A program made the translations under genes and the position numbers. A stretch of 44,919 nt of DNA from a virus. The stretch lies in the IMG/VR virus record IMGVR_UViG_3300020202_000030, positions 1 to 44,919 of that record. One strand, 5' to 3'. Of the stretch, positions 6,952 through 16,683 are shown in pieces (position 1 is the first letter of the stretch; the number at the start of each line of letters is the position of its first letter). The notes beneath the pieces were generated by a model, which worked only from the letters and a program-made list of their open reading frames with translations, had not been told where the DNA came from and did not search any database.

Positions 6952-8543
6952 CCACAGAAACCCTCCCACAGCCCTCAATGGTCGATGACCTCCGAGCAAG
7001 GGGACTGAGGTATCCCAAGGAGTTGAGAGAGAACGCTATTTATCGATATAAGCTCCTCTCCGCAGCGGTGAATAATAAGAAGGCTCAACAGGATTTACTC
7101 GAGATCAGTCAGTCCGATATTCTGTTTTGGGTTAATGTTTTCGTTCACACCTACAACCCCCGCAAGAATCCTTCAACTATTCCTTTTATTACTTACGAGT
7201 ATGAAGACAAGTTGATCCTAGAGATCCTTGACCGAGTGCTGAAGCAAAAGGATTTACTGATTGATAAGTCTAGAGACATGGGAGTCACTTGGTGCGTCCT
7301 CTTAGTCTTCACTTGGCTTTGGCAGTTCGGGGGTGAGGGATTCGATTTCTTGGTGGGATCACGCAAGGAACAGTACATCGACGTTATGGGAAACATGGAC
7401 ACTTTGCTGGAGAAGATCAGGTTCATCATTAGAAACGAACCTCAATGGATGCGCCCATATGGATGGGATCCAGATAAACACTCGAACTATATGAAACTAG
7501 TTAATCCAGTGTCCAAAGCAACTATCACAGGAGAGGCCACTAATAACAATTTCTCCCGTGGTGGTAGACGAAGAGGAATCTTCTTCGACGAGTTCGCTTT
7601 TTGGGAGTGTGACCAATCCGCCTGGAGAGCAAGTGCTGATAGCTCAAATTGCCGAATAGTGGTATCCACGCCAAATGGAATGAATAACCAATTCGCCAAG
7701 TTGAGATTTAGTAACTCAATTGACGTTCAGTCCCTCCACTGGAGACTCCATCCTGAGAAGGATCAAGCTTGGTATGAGAATGAGTGTAAACGCCGTAATC
7801 ATGACTCGATTGAGATAGCGCGAGAACTCGACATTAATTACGAAGGATCTGAAGAGGGGATTCTCTTCCGCATGGATGATCTCCGAAGAGCCACACAAGC
7901 TCAGCCAATCATGACAATGGATCGCAAAGTAGTCTCAATTGATCCCGCCGGTGAGGGTGATGATGAGGCGGTGATATACGTCTCTAATAACGGAAATGTA
8001 ATTGAGCGCAAGTTCTTCAAAAAGTCTGATCCAGTCCAGTTGGCCGGGGAATGTGCAGTGTTAGTGAGAAAGCATAAGGCTCAAGTGTTGATTGGGGACG
8101 CAATTGGAAACGATGTCCTCTCCTTCGCCAAGAATCTTTTAGGAGCTGATAATTGCAAAGTAGTAGCGATTAAGGGAAGCGAGAAGGCCAGTGATCCAGT
8201 TAAGTTCTACAACAAACGAGCCGAGATTTACCACAACGCCGCCAAGTTAATGGCAAGTGGAAACGTTCAAGTTGACGACGATCACACTCTCATCATGCAG
8301 CTCAATGCCACTAAGTACACGACTAAGGACGGAAGGATCATTTTAATACCGAAGGAAGAGATTAAGAAGTTGGTTGGGGGATCACCCGATAGAGCTGACG
8401 CCTGGTCCCTGATGGTTGAGGGTCTTAAATACACGCATTCAAGGTATGAGGTCGAACAAAGGGAAAGAGTCCGAAGAGTCAGAGAGCCACTAATGGTGGA
8501 GTCAGGAAAGGAATATGGGGACTGGGGCGACATTATTAGCTAA
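6948..8543 (+). CDS. terL: Terminase large subunit
   Basis: 531 aa. P-loop-like KSRDMGVT, Walker-B-like GIFFDEFAFW, and a C-terminal RNaseH-like nuclease motif VVSIDPAGEGDDEAV. The TTG start is taken from the track; the first in-frame ATG is at 6978. Confidence 0.9.
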   Translation: MTTETLPQPSMVDDLRARGLRYPKELRENAIYRYKLLSAAVNNKKAQQDLLEISQSDILFWVNVFVHTYNPRKNPSTIPFITYEYEDKLILEILDRVLKQKDLLIDKSRDMGVTWCVLLVFTWLWQFGGEGFDFLVGSRKEQYIDVMGNMDTLLEKIRFIIRNEPQWMRPYGWDPDKHSNYMKLVNPVSKATITGEATNNNFSRGGRRRGIFFDEFAFWECDQSAWRASADSSNCRIVVSTPNGMNNQFAKLRFSNSIDVQSLHWRLHPEKDQAWYENECKRRNHDSIEIARELDINYEGSEEGILFRMDDLRRATQAQPIMTMDRKVVSIDPAGEGDDEAVIYVSNNGNVIERKFFKKSDPVQLAGECAVLVRKHKAQVLIGDAIGNDVLSFAKNLLGADNCKVVAIKGSEKASDPVKFYNKRAEIYHNAAKLMASGNVQVDDDHTLIMQLNATKYTTKDGRIILIPKEEIKKLVGGSPDRADAWSLMVEGLKYTHSRYEVEQRERVRRVREPLMVESGKEYGDWGDIIS

Positions 8544-8724
8544 AGAGAATTTAAGAAAGCTGAAGTGGGCTGAGGATATTTTATCACTGGTTGAGAAGAC
8601 GGATAAGCCCGAGTGGTTACTTAGGATTAAGACCGAGCACTGTAAAGAGTTGCTTAGACATCACATGTACATGATTAAAGAAATTCAGAAGGGACTGAGC
8701 GATGCCCGTAGAAATGCAGATTAA
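8515..8724 (+). CDS. Hypothetical protein, 69 aa
   Basis: Track ORF bridging the terL end and the portal start. Overlaps both; start uncertain. Confidence 0.35.
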   Translation: MGTGATLLAKENLRKLKWAEDILSLVEKTDKPEWLLRIKTEHCKELLRHHMYMIKEIQKGLSDARRNAD

Positions 8725-10852
8725 GTCTGAAATAACTCCTGAGATTAAGGAGTTTGTTAAGAAGTTAGCTGGAAAAGTAAGGAGAGACGATGATGACAGG
8801 CAAGTTTGGAAAGACAAGCAAGTCGTCGCTCATAACGCACGACTGGGATTACGAAGACGTACAAATCGTCCGTATCCTGGTGCCTCAGAAGTTCCGATCC
8901 CAATTACTGACAAGTTTATTAAAAAACTCAAAGCACTTTACGTATCCGTTGCCACTCAGAATAAAAAGCAAATTAGTGTGCGAATTGAAGAGGGGTATCC
9001 GGTCACAAATGAAACGAGGGAATCCGCCAACAAGATCGAACGTGCGCTGAATAATTTAATTAAGAAGCGTGACTTCCAGTGGACTAAGAAGGTGACTCTC
9101 TTCGTTGATTACTTTCTTGAAAACGGTCACGCCATATTCAAAGTGATTGAGAAGTTCTTCTCTAAGACCGTCAACCGCACTATCAACATGGACAACTTCT
9201 CTGACGAAGAGAAGAAACAGCTTAAGTCAATGAAAGTTGAGGAGCTTCGTCAAATAGTAGCAGCAAGAGAGGAAATGGACCTCGATGATAAAGAGGATAT
9301 TAAAGAGATTGATCGAATCGTTAAGCAATTTAAGTCGGGGAAAAAGGAGATTAAGTTCACTAAGAGGATAGCTTATTCCGAGCCTACGGTGATACCGGAG
9401 AGAGGCTTGAGGATAATTGTGCCTACTTCTGGAACCGAGCTTCAGCGCCTCCCTCGCATCACACATGACATGTGGATGAACTATCAAGAACTCCGAGACA
9501 TGGCGGATAAGAAAGTGTACGAGAAGGATGTAGTTGACTCACTCGACCCCGATGGCGGCACGAACGATGATTCCATTAATAACCTGTCTTGGTCCTTAGC
9601 TGAGGGCGTCACGAATGAAGAAACGAAAACCGGACTCTTCAACGTCAGAGAATGTCAAACCTGGTACGACAGAAAAAAGTGGGTATTCACTTGGATCGAG
9701 CAAGTTGGGCAGAAGGTTAAGTCGAGTAAGGAGGACTTGGATGATGTACTCGTTCTTCAGGCCATAGAGCTTCCTTACGAACATGGTTTGTGGACTTACG
9801 TTAAGCATGACTTTGAGCTGAAGAATACTCGGTGGTATGCGAGTCGAGGAATCCCTGAGCAGATCAGAGGACTCCACCAGACAATTGAGAAGATGTACAA
9901 CGCGAGACTGATTAGAGACGAGTACAACAATGCTCCAATGTGGCGTGTTAGTAAGCAGCTTGGAATGGCTGGGGACGAGATTAGATTGCGGCCTGGTCAA
10001 GTGGTCGAAGCTGAGGCGGGGGAAATTGAGCAGATTAATAAAGGAGTCACGGTTGATGTCTCAAGTGAGCGACTGGAGCAACAGGCAAAGGCTTATGCTG
10101 AGGAATACCTATCAATCGCTGATTTCACTAATCGTTCGGCGGTCAATGCGGGTGGTGTACGGACTGCGACTGAGATTCAAGCGGTTCAGCAGAACACTGG
10201 GAGGCAGTTAGGGATTGATGTTTCGCTGTTCCTGGAGTCTCTATCCGAAGTCGCCAATCAAATGTACCTCATCCTCAAACAATCGGTCGATGTCCCAAAA
10301 GTAATTGGAGGTGTCTTACTAACGCCTGAGGATTTTCTTGTGAAGTGTTCCGTCTCGTGGGTCGGCTCTCTTGAGTCCACCGATGCTGAGCTTCAACAGT
10401 CCAAAGCACTCCAGCGCATTCAAGTATTGCAACAGGTGGGTATGCCCTCTGGCGTGGTAAGTCCAACCAATATCTACTTCGCACTTAGAGACTGGTTGAC
10501 GAAGGACTCTGATGTTGAGAATCCCGATAACTTTGTCACCTCACCTGAGGATGTACTAATGGGCGAGATTGAGGAGCAACAGTCGGAGCTAGTGAGAATG
10601 ATGAACGGATTCGATGTACAGGTGCATCCAGACGACAACGATGGAGTGCATATCCAAGTGATTGAACAGTATCTCCAGTCACCGCAAGGTCAGCAAAGAA
10701 TGCAACAAGATCCAGAGTTCGCGCAAAGGGTAGAAGCCCATGCGAGTCTACATATTCAATCGGAGGCAATGAAGAATGGTGTCAAAACGGGGCAAGGTCA
10801 AAAAGGCCAAGACCGCAGAAGCCAAGTCGCACGCCAAAGCGCCGCTGCCTGA
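8702..10852 (+). CDS. Portal protein
   Basis: 716 aa, immediately after terL and before scaffold and capsid. Size and position are typical of P22-size portals. No motif-level proof. Confidence 0.75.
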   Translation: MPVEMQIKSEITPEIKEFVKKLAGKVRRDDDDRQVWKDKQVVAHNARLGLRRRTNRPYPGASEVPIPITDKFIKKLKALYVSVATQNKKQISVRIEEGYPVTNETRESANKIERALNNLIKKRDFQWTKKVTLFVDYFLENGHAIFKVIEKFFSKTVNRTINMDNFSDEEKKQLKSMKVEELRQIVAAREEMDLDDKEDIKEIDRIVKQFKSGKKEIKFTKRIAYSEPTVIPERGLRIIVPTSGTELQRLPRITHDMWMNYQELRDMADKKVYEKDVVDSLDPDGGTNDDSINNLSWSLAEGVTNEETKTGLFNVRECQTWYDRKKWVFTWIEQVGQKVKSSKEDLDDVLVLQAIELPYEHGLWTYVKHDFELKNTRWYASRGIPEQIRGLHQTIEKMYNARLIRDEYNNAPMWRVSKQLGMAGDEIRLRPGQVVEAEAGEIEQINKGVTVDVSSERLEQQAKAYAEEYLSIADFTNRSAVNAGGVRTATEIQAVQQNTGRQLGIDVSLFLESLSEVANQMYLILKQSVDVPKVIGGVLLTPEDFLVKCSVSWVGSLESTDAELQQSKALQRIQVLQQVGMPSGVVSPTNIYFALRDWLTKDSDVENPDNFVTSPEDVLMGEIEEQQSELVRMMNGFDVQVHPDDNDGVHIQVIEQYLQSPQGQQRMQQDPEFAQRVEAHASLHIQSEAMKNGVKTGQGQKGQDRRSQVARQSAAA

Positions 10853-11201
10853 GCGCACGGAAGCACTTATTCGTAAAAACGGGTTGATGGTTGAAGAGAT
10901 GCTTAACTCGGAAGTTTGGAAAACTATTGGGGAAGTCCTGATAGACGAGGGTATCGCGTCAGTAGCGGGTAGGAAGACAAATGGCCGATGGCATCACGGA
11001 AGCTTCACGAGAGCAAATAACGAGCCTCTTCCATATCTCCAGGGTTATCAACGCGCCTTAATGGACTTCTCCAATCGCTTAATCGATTTCGTGAAAGCCA
11101 AGGATGACTTGGATAAGAAAAAGAAAGAATCGGAGTTAGAGAGGCATCAACCATTTATTAACCCATTCTTAGAGGAAGACGATGACTACTCCGAAAAATA
11201 A
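10776..11201 (+). CDS. Hypothetical head-module protein, 141 aa
   Basis: Track ORF. GGAGG lies 9 nt upstream of the ATG. Overlaps the portal 3' end by 77 nt in another frame. Confidence 0.5.
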   Translation: MVSKRGKVKKAKTAEAKSHAKAPLPERTEALIRKNGLMVEEMLNSEVWKTIGEVLIDEGIASVAGRKTNGRWHHGSFTRANNEPLPYLQGYQRALMDFSNRLIDFVKAKDDLDKKKKESELERHQPFINPFLEEDDDYSEK

Positions 11202-11361
11202 GATCAAGATTCCTGATTCGTTGAAACAGGCAATTATTAAATCAGCAGAGGTAATGACGCAAGGTCGGCAACGCAACATGATGGACGAAGCGGTGAAGAT
11301 GGGTTCCCACGGAGCTGCGATGTTCCATCCAAACCCGGAGAATGTCAATGGGCAGAAGTGA
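11182..11361 (+). CDS. Hypothetical protein, 59 aa (below cutoff)
   Basis: Hand-translated MTTPKNKIKIPDSLKQAIIKSAEVMTQGRQRNMMDEAVKMGSHGAAMFHPNPENVNGQK. GAGGA SD. Confidence 0.4.
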   Translation: MTTPKNKIKIPDSLKQAIIKSAEVMTQGRQRNMMDEAVKMGSHGAAMFHPNPENVNGQK

Positions 11362-11515
11362 TTTCGAGTGGGTGCGGGAAAGATTGAAGCGTGAGAAGAA
11401 GGAGCCTAATCGTTATTCAGATAATCGTCGGAATTATCTTCTGAGTGAAGCTCACAAGTCCGACGGTCCTGGTGCGGTTAAGGAATTAAAGAAAGAGTTC
11501 AAACTTGGTTCCTAA
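11348..11515 (+). CDS. Hypothetical protein, 55 aa (below cutoff)
   Basis: Hand-translated MGRSDFEWVRERLKREKKEPNRYSDNRRNYLLSEAHKSDGPGAVKELKKEFKLGS. Overlaps both neighbours. Confidence 0.4.
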   Translation: MGRSDFEWVRERLKREKKEPNRYSDNRRNYLLSEAHKSDGPGAVKELKKEFKLGS

Positions 11516-11687
11516 AAAACTGATTGAAGAAATTGAGCGTTGGATAGGCGAGAAGAAATTCGGTCACTTACAGATTAATTTCTCTGAGGGCCGGATAGTG
11601 AATGTGAATCGAGTCGAGTCCATCCGCTTAACGATGATTGGTACTTCCATAGGGGAAGCCACTATTACTAAGGTCGAGGAAGTTTAA
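11505..11687 (+). CDS. Small YezD/DUF2292-like protein, 60 aa
   Basis: KKFGHLQINFSEGRIVNVNRVESIRL resembles the fGsv-l-iqdGkv-q-e core of DUF2292 as I remember it. TTG start. Confidence 0.4.
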   Translation: MVPKKLIEEIERWIGEKKFGHLQINFSEGRIVNVNRVESIRLTMIGTSIGEATITKVEEV

Positions 11688-11727
11688 TTTTGAGTTTCTG
11701 GGTATCTAACAACCCTGGGAGGAATAC

Positions 11728-12750
11728 ATGACAGATAAGGTTATCAGCGAGACACCAGAGGTCAAACCGGCTCCAATTGATGTAATTGATCCAAAGTCTC
11801 CTGGAGAAGTAAATGAAGAGTCTACAGCGAGTCGCCGTGAAAGTATCGAGACTGAGGTCATAACGGAGAACAATACGTTCCCGGATGTCGTGACTGAGGA
11901 AGAACCTAAGCCTGAGGTTAAGGAGGAGGTAAAGGAACCTGAAGTTAAGGAGCCTGAGAAATCCTTCGAGGACAAGGTAAAGGAGAAAGTTCAGAAACGC
12001 ATCGATAAGGAAGTAGCCAAACGTAAGACTCTCGAAGAGGAATTAGCCGAAACTCGCGCCGAGCTTGAGAAGCTTAAAACGCATATCAAGCCTGAGGCCA
12101 AGACGGAGGCTGATTCCAAGCGAGAGCCGACAGATGCTGAGGTAAGAGCCGCGCTTAAAAAAGCCATCGAGGACGGTGATGTAGAGTTTCAAGTCCAGAT
12201 TACCGAATACATGGCTGATCGTAAGGCGAAAGCTGAACGAGCCGCTGCACTGAAAGAAGTTGAGGAGTCCCAGAAGAAACAAACTGAGGAAGCCCAGCGC
12301 CTACAGGCTGATTGGAACAGTTTGGTTATGGATTATATCGTCTATGACGACAAGGGAAATATTGATAACTCCCATGAACTCAATCTCAATAACCAAAACG
12401 GTCAACTCTATAAGACCGCACTCGCTTTGTTTAACGACAAAGAATTGCGCGCGACTCACTACAACGACGCCAATAAGGTGCAAGCCTTTAGGCGAGCGGT
12501 AGGGGACGCTTATAGAGAGATTCACCAACATGGACTCTTGAAGAGTGCTCCAAAGAAAGTTGAACCAATAAGCTCTGGGGAGGATGAAGAATCTTCCAAA
12601 ACGAAGATGCGAAAGGTTGCATCTCTTGCTGAGCCTGGTTCAGATTTTGCCGAGGATACCACTCCCGTTAAAACCCTATCTGACACCGAAAAGGTGATTG
12701 ACGAGATTAAGTCTCGGCGCAAGTTCATTGAAGGACGCGCCAGAGCATAG
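11728..12750 (+). CDS. Scaffolding protein
   Basis: 340 aa, extremely E/K-rich and helical, located between portal and major capsid. Confidence 0.65.
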   Translation: MTDKVISETPEVKPAPIDVIDPKSPGEVNEESTASRRESIETEVITENNTFPDVVTEEEPKPEVKEEVKEPEVKEPEKSFEDKVKEKVQKRIDKEVAKRKTLEEELAETRAELEKLKTHIKPEAKTEADSKREPTDAEVRAALKKAIEDGDVEFQVQITEYMADRKAKAERAAALKEVEESQKKQTEEAQRLQADWNSLVMDYIVYDDKGNIDNSHELNLNNQNGQLYKTALALFNDKELRATHYNDANKVQAFRRAVGDAYREIHQHGLLKSAPKKVEPISSGEDEESSKTKMRKVASLAEPGSDFAEDTTPVKTLSDTEKVIDEIKSRRKFIEGRARA

Positions 12751-12778
12751 TTAGTTAGTTCTAAATCTGGAGTATTAA

Positions 12779-13708
12779 ATGGGTCAGCAACTCTGGTCAG
12801 TTAATAGTTTGGGAGGTTTCCTCTCGAATAACCAACTGTCCAAGCAGGTGCGTCATCGTTCGCAGACCATGCAGAAATTCCGTCAGTTCGTTTCGCCGGA
12901 ACCTGCCGCTGGTTCGAACCGTGGAGAGAAGGTCTTTTTCAATAAGATCAGCAATATCTCTACCGCAGGTGGCACGCTTCTTGAGACGGACACGATTCCT
13001 AAACGGAATTTCACAATCACGCAAGGCACTTTGACGATCACGGAATACGGTAACTCCGTTCCGTTCACGCTCAAAGCTCGCACCTTGAGTGATGTGCAGC
13101 TCCCGGACATCGTGAACACTGTGCTTCGTAACGACATGGCGAAGGTCCTCGACTCGGCTGCCGCAACGCAGTTCAAGACGAACGACTACGTTGCCACTAT
13201 TACGAACACGGCAACCACAACGTTTGGATCGGCTGGTGCGGCGCTTGCTACTGCGGGTGCCAACATGTCCGATAAGAACGTTCGCGACATTGTGGACCGG
13301 ATGAAAACTCTCAACATCCCGACTTATGATGGTGAGAACTACATCTGTATCGCTTCTACGAACTCGATCCGAGGTCTTTACGACTTCTTCGAGGCCAAAG
13401 CGGTTCAAACCACGATGGCTCCTCTTTACCAAGGTGAAGTGGGTCAGTATTACAAGACCCGTTTCGTTGAAGAGACGAACTTCCTCTCCAATGCTGATGG
13501 AAGCAACGGTCTCTACGGCGAAGCAGTGTTCTTTGGTGAAGATGCGGTCCGTGAAGGTATCGCGATTCCTGAAGAAATCCGTATTTCGATCCCGACAGAT
13601 TATGGTCGCGATCAAGGTGCGGCATGGTACGCCCTCTTAGGGTTCCAGCAGGTCTGGGACTTCAGTGCGGATGGCGAAACAAGAATCATTGTTGTCGATT
13701 CACTATAA
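12779..13708 (+). CDS. Major capsid protein
   Basis: 309 aa directly after the scaffold. Codon usage differs from its neighbours (CGT/GGT/ACG-rich) and leaves several antisense frames open, as expected for a highly expressed gene. Confidence 0.75.
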   Translation: MGQQLWSVNSLGGFLSNNQLSKQVRHRSQTMQKFRQFVSPEPAAGSNRGEKVFFNKISNISTAGGTLLETDTIPKRNFTITQGTLTITEYGNSVPFTLKARTLSDVQLPDIVNTVLRNDMAKVLDSAAATQFKTNDYVATITNTATTTFGSAGAALATAGANMSDKNVRDIVDRMKTLNIPTYDGENYICIASTNSIRGLYDFFEAKAVQTTMAPLYQGEVGQYYKTRFVEETNFLSNADGSNGLYGEAVFFGEDAVREGIAIPEEIRISIPTDYGRDQGAAWYALLGFQQVWDFSADGETRIIVVDSL

Positions 13709-13725
13709 GGGAGGAGGAATAAATC

Positions 13726-14139
13726 ATGCCTAGTTCAAAAGGCGGTCGCTCTTATTCTGATCCCTCTTATGGGTCAATTAGAGTAAAGACGTTTGGTCCG
13801 TATACAGCAGGTACTCGTGCAACGGCTATTGTTGACAACTGGAAGCCCATGAACCCGATCACGGTTCTGGACTGGAATTTGTCCAATAGCACTCTCGGAA
13901 CTGGCGGTTCTTCTCAGTGGGTTTTGGCGGCTACTTCTAGCGTCGGAACGGCTGCGTTAGGAACTGCGATTTTCGTGGGTACTCACGCTGCTGGTGCGGT
14001 GGTTGACGGCTCGCTCACAGAAACGAACGTTCCTGCGGATGGAGCAATTCATCTGTATTCGGTTCTTTCGACTGCGGCTGGTCTTACCGTGTCGGTGAAT
14101 GTCACTTATCGCGAAAGGTTCGATTCTAGCGATAACTAG
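13726..14139 (+). CDS. Small head-associated protein, possibly decoration, 137 aa
   Basis: GGGAGGAGG SD. S/T/G/A-rich and beta-rich. Sits immediately after the capsid gene. Confidence 0.55.
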   Translation: MPSSKGGRSYSDPSYGSIRVKTFGPYTAGTRATAIVDNWKPMNPITVLDWNLSNSTLGTGGSSQWVLAATSSVGTAALGTAIFVGTHAAGAVVDGSLTETNVPADGAIHLYSVLSTAAGLTVSVNVTYRERFDSSDN

Positions 14140-14211
14140 TAAGTCGGAATTGGGTGGGGCTGGCTCACAAGGCTGGCTCCACTCAAATCCTTAACCTTAA
14201 AGAAAGGTACA

Positions 14212-15501
14212 ATGCCACATTATAGAGAAGTTAAGAACTGCCGCATTTGTGATTCTCCCCGTTTAGTTAAATACCTTGATCTCGGTGAAGTTCCTCTCTG
14301 TAACTCTCTAGTAACTAACGATAAAAGTCATCCAACTTACGCCCCGTTTCCCATTCAAGTCCTCTTCTGTGAAGAGTGCTGCCTATCTCAGTTAAGCATA
14401 GTGGTGAATCCTGAGATTATGTACAACGATTATGTTTATCACTCGTCTGTTTCTAAGACATTTCGGGAACACTGTTACCAGATGGCGATCAGGCTTCAAG
14501 AGTTGTACAAGTCTATTCCTCATCCATTAGTCGTTGATATTGCCGCCAATGATGGATGCTTACTGGATCAGTTTAAGGCGGCTGGATTTAAACGACTACT
14601 GGGGATTGATCCGGCCAAGAATTTGGCAAATGAGCATTGGACTAAGTTTAGGAATTCAATACAGTACGGCGAGCTTTCGGTCATCCCTCAGCACTCATAC
14701 GGCTTCCTTAATGACTTTTGGTCTGAGAAATTGGCCCTTAGTTGTAGAGACGAGGCTACACAAGGCGCATCATTCATCACCGCTACCAATGTAGTGGCGC
14801 ACGTCGATGATCTTAGAGACTTCTTGAGGGGTGTTCACTGGTTCCTAGATGATACGGGCGTATTCGTGGTCGAGGTTCCTTATCTACATGAGTTAATTAA
14901 GAATAATCAGTTCGATACTATTTATCACGAGCATTTGAGCTACTTTCTTCTTAAGCCTCTCAAAAAGATATTCGCCGCTTGTGGCCTCACTATTATTCGA
15001 GTTGAGAAGTATCCCATCCACGGTGGATCGATAAGAGTCTATGCGGATAAGGGTAGTCATCCCGTTCACGAGTCAGTGGCTGAGATGGAAAAGTTTGAGG
15101 AAGAGGAGAGACTATACAAAGTAGATACTTATATAAAGTTTTCTGATCGAGTTAATGAACTCAGAAAAAATCTCTTGGCTCTCTTTGAGATCCTTCATCA
15201 CAACGGCTCCAAGTTAATGGGTTATGGAGCATCAGCGAAGGGAATAAGTCTACTTAATTACTGCGGTATCCCTAGAAACTACTTATCCGCCATCGTCGAT
15301 GACACCCCAGCCAAGCAGGGAAAATACACTCCAGGTAGCTTGATTCCAATTGTCAACTTTTCTCGCTTCCACACCGATGAACCAGACCACATCTTACTAC
15401 TAGCTTGGAACTTTGCTGATGAGTTGATGATGAAGACTCAGTTTCATAAGGATAGAGGGGGATATTACATCATCCCGATTCCCGAGATCAGAGTGATATG
15501 A
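14212..15501 (+). CDS. Sugar C-methyltransferase-like enzyme (zinc-binding N-domain, class I SAM MTase, C-methyltransferase C-domain)
   Basis: The N-terminal CRICDS...CEECCLSQL zinc motif, DIAANDGCLL SAM-binding motif and the HEHLSYF...IHGGSIRVY tail match the TylC3/EryBIII-type NDP-hexose C-methyltransferase architecture. Confidence 0.8.
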   Translation: MPHYREVKNCRICDSPRLVKYLDLGEVPLCNSLVTNDKSHPTYAPFPIQVLFCEECCLSQLSIVVNPEIMYNDYVYHSSVSKTFREHCYQMAIRLQELYKSIPHPLVVDIAANDGCLLDQFKAAGFKRLLGIDPAKNLANEHWTKFRNSIQYGELSVIPQHSYGFLNDFWSEKLALSCRDEATQGASFITATNVVAHVDDLRDFLRGVHWFLDDTGVFVVEVPYLHELIKNNQFDTIYHEHLSYFLLKPLKKIFAACGLTIIRVEKYPIHGGSIRVYADKGSHPVHESVAEMEKFEEEERLYKVDTYIKFSDRVNELRKNLLALFEILHHNGSKLMGYGASAKGISLLNYCGIPRNYLSAIVDDTPAKQGKYTPGSLIPIVNFSRFHTDEPDHILLLAWNFADELMMKTQFHKDRGGYYIIPIPEIRVI

Positions 15502-16484
15502 AAACTTGCTTCATTTCTAGATTAGGAGGAGCTGGGGACGTTCTTCACGCAGCTCACCTGCCTAAGCTAATTAAAGAGCACTATGGAGTCGATAAGATTG
15601 ATTTCGAGACCAATTATCACGGTATGCACATTCTAACTGGCAATCCCTACATCGATAACCTAATCTTCCTCGATATTAATAAGATTACCTATAACCGAAT
15701 GGTTAAGAACCTGGAATGGGCCAGACAGACTTATGACCTAGTGTTCGATTTCGCCAACACGATTGAGAAAGCTTACTGCACGAATGAAAACGACTGGCGC
15801 TACTACACATCCGACCAGTGGCGCAGGGAGAATCTAGGGACTAAGTCTTATTACGATGTGATGATCGATGCGGCGGGACTACCGGAGTCTTACTACGGGA
15901 ACAGAGCGCGGTTATATTTCACAGATGAAGAACACGCTCAGGCACAGGAGTGGATCACAGAGAAGAAGAAGATTTATGACCAAGTAATACTGGTCAATGT
16001 TTCTGGATCAACTCTCCACAAGAAGTTCATACAAGCTGAGCCCGTTTGTCGAAAGATTCTAGATCGGTACCCAAAGAGCCTCATCATCCTCAGCGGTGAC
16101 GAGTATTGTAAAGACCAAGTTTTCGCGCATGAGAGAGTGATTTCCTACGTTGGTAGTAAGGTGAATGGGTTTCGCTCAGTCTCGCTTAAGTGCAAATATG
16201 TTGATCTAACAATCAGCTTAGAATCCGGTCTGGCTCTAGTTGCTCACTCCTGGGACGCCCCCACACTTCATTTACTCACCGCCGCCAGTTGGGATAACCA
16301 CATTAAGTACGCTAAGAACGCTTATTGGCTCCAGGCGTCGGTTCCGTGTTCACCGTGTCACAAGAATCCTAGAGACTATTTTGGGTGTCCTGTAATTGAT
16401 AAACACCCAGCTTGTATATTTTTCGATGAAGAGAAGATTATGGAAAAAGTTGAGGAGGCACTTTGTGTCTCAAAAACCGCTTAA
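15498..16484 (+). CDS. Glycosyltransferase family 9 (heptosyltransferase-like), copy 1
   Basis: N-terminal ISRLGGAGDVLHA, then ESGLALVAHSWDAP, and a C-terminal CSPC...C...C motif, as in WaaC/WaaF-type enzymes. ATGA coupling with the upstream gene. Confidence 0.7.
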   Translation: MKTCFISRLGGAGDVLHAAHLPKLIKEHYGVDKIDFETNYHGMHILTGNPYIDNLIFLDINKITYNRMVKNLEWARQTYDLVFDFANTIEKAYCTNENDWRYYTSDQWRRENLGTKSYYDVMIDAAGLPESYYGNRARLYFTDEEHAQAQEWITEKKKIYDQVILVNVSGSTLHKKFIQAEPVCRKILDRYPKSLIILSGDEYCKDQVFAHERVISYVGSKVNGFRSVSLKCKYVDLTISLESGLALVAHSWDAPTLHLLTAASWDNHIKYAKNAYWLQASVPCSPCHKNPRDYFGCPVIDKHPACIFFDEEKIMEKVEEALCVSKTA

Positions 16485-16683
16485 GATTAGTCACAACATA
16501 AAGCTTGTATCCAAGAATGGGGTTACTTTTCTTTACGTCAATAACCAATACACGATGAGAGACATAGTAAAGAAAGACACACGAGGCGAACGATACTTTA
16601 TTCCGAATTACGCTCCTTATTTAAGCAAGAAGGATCTCTTAAAGATTAAGCGGTGGATTGAAAGGGCTATTAAGGATGCTTAA
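16465..16683 (+). CDS. Hypothetical protein, 72 aa
   Basis: GTG 6 nt after GAGGAGG, inside track ORF 16396..16683. Confidence 0.4.
   Translation: MSQKPLKISHNIKLVSKNGVTFLYVNNQYTMRDIVKKDTRGERYFIPNYAPYLSKKDLLKIKRWIERAIKDA

Noticed and set aside
9596-10000. Long antisense or off-frame ORFs inside large genes: 9596-10000(-), 21059-21574(-), 40391-40951(-), 36220-36549(-), 7193-7429(-) and 8282-8533(-)
   Set aside because: Each lies fully within a well-supported sense gene (portal, adaptor, nuclease, xis/int, terL). None has an SD or recognisable motifs.
12797-13615. 272-aa antisense ORF, plus 12883-13176(-), 13326-13640(+) and 13356-13625(-), overlapping the major capsid gene
   Set aside because: The products are Arg-rich and low-complexity with no SD. 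The capsid gene uses a biased, G+C-richer codon set that depletes stop codons in other frames, which is the usual cause of such shadow ORFs.
14158-14179. GGCTGGCTC-ACAA-GGCTGGCTC upstream of the transferase cassette looked like a terminator hairpin
   Set aside because: The two arms are direct repeats, not inverted ones, so no stem can form. It might be a protein-binding repeat at the cassette boundary, but there is no further evidence.
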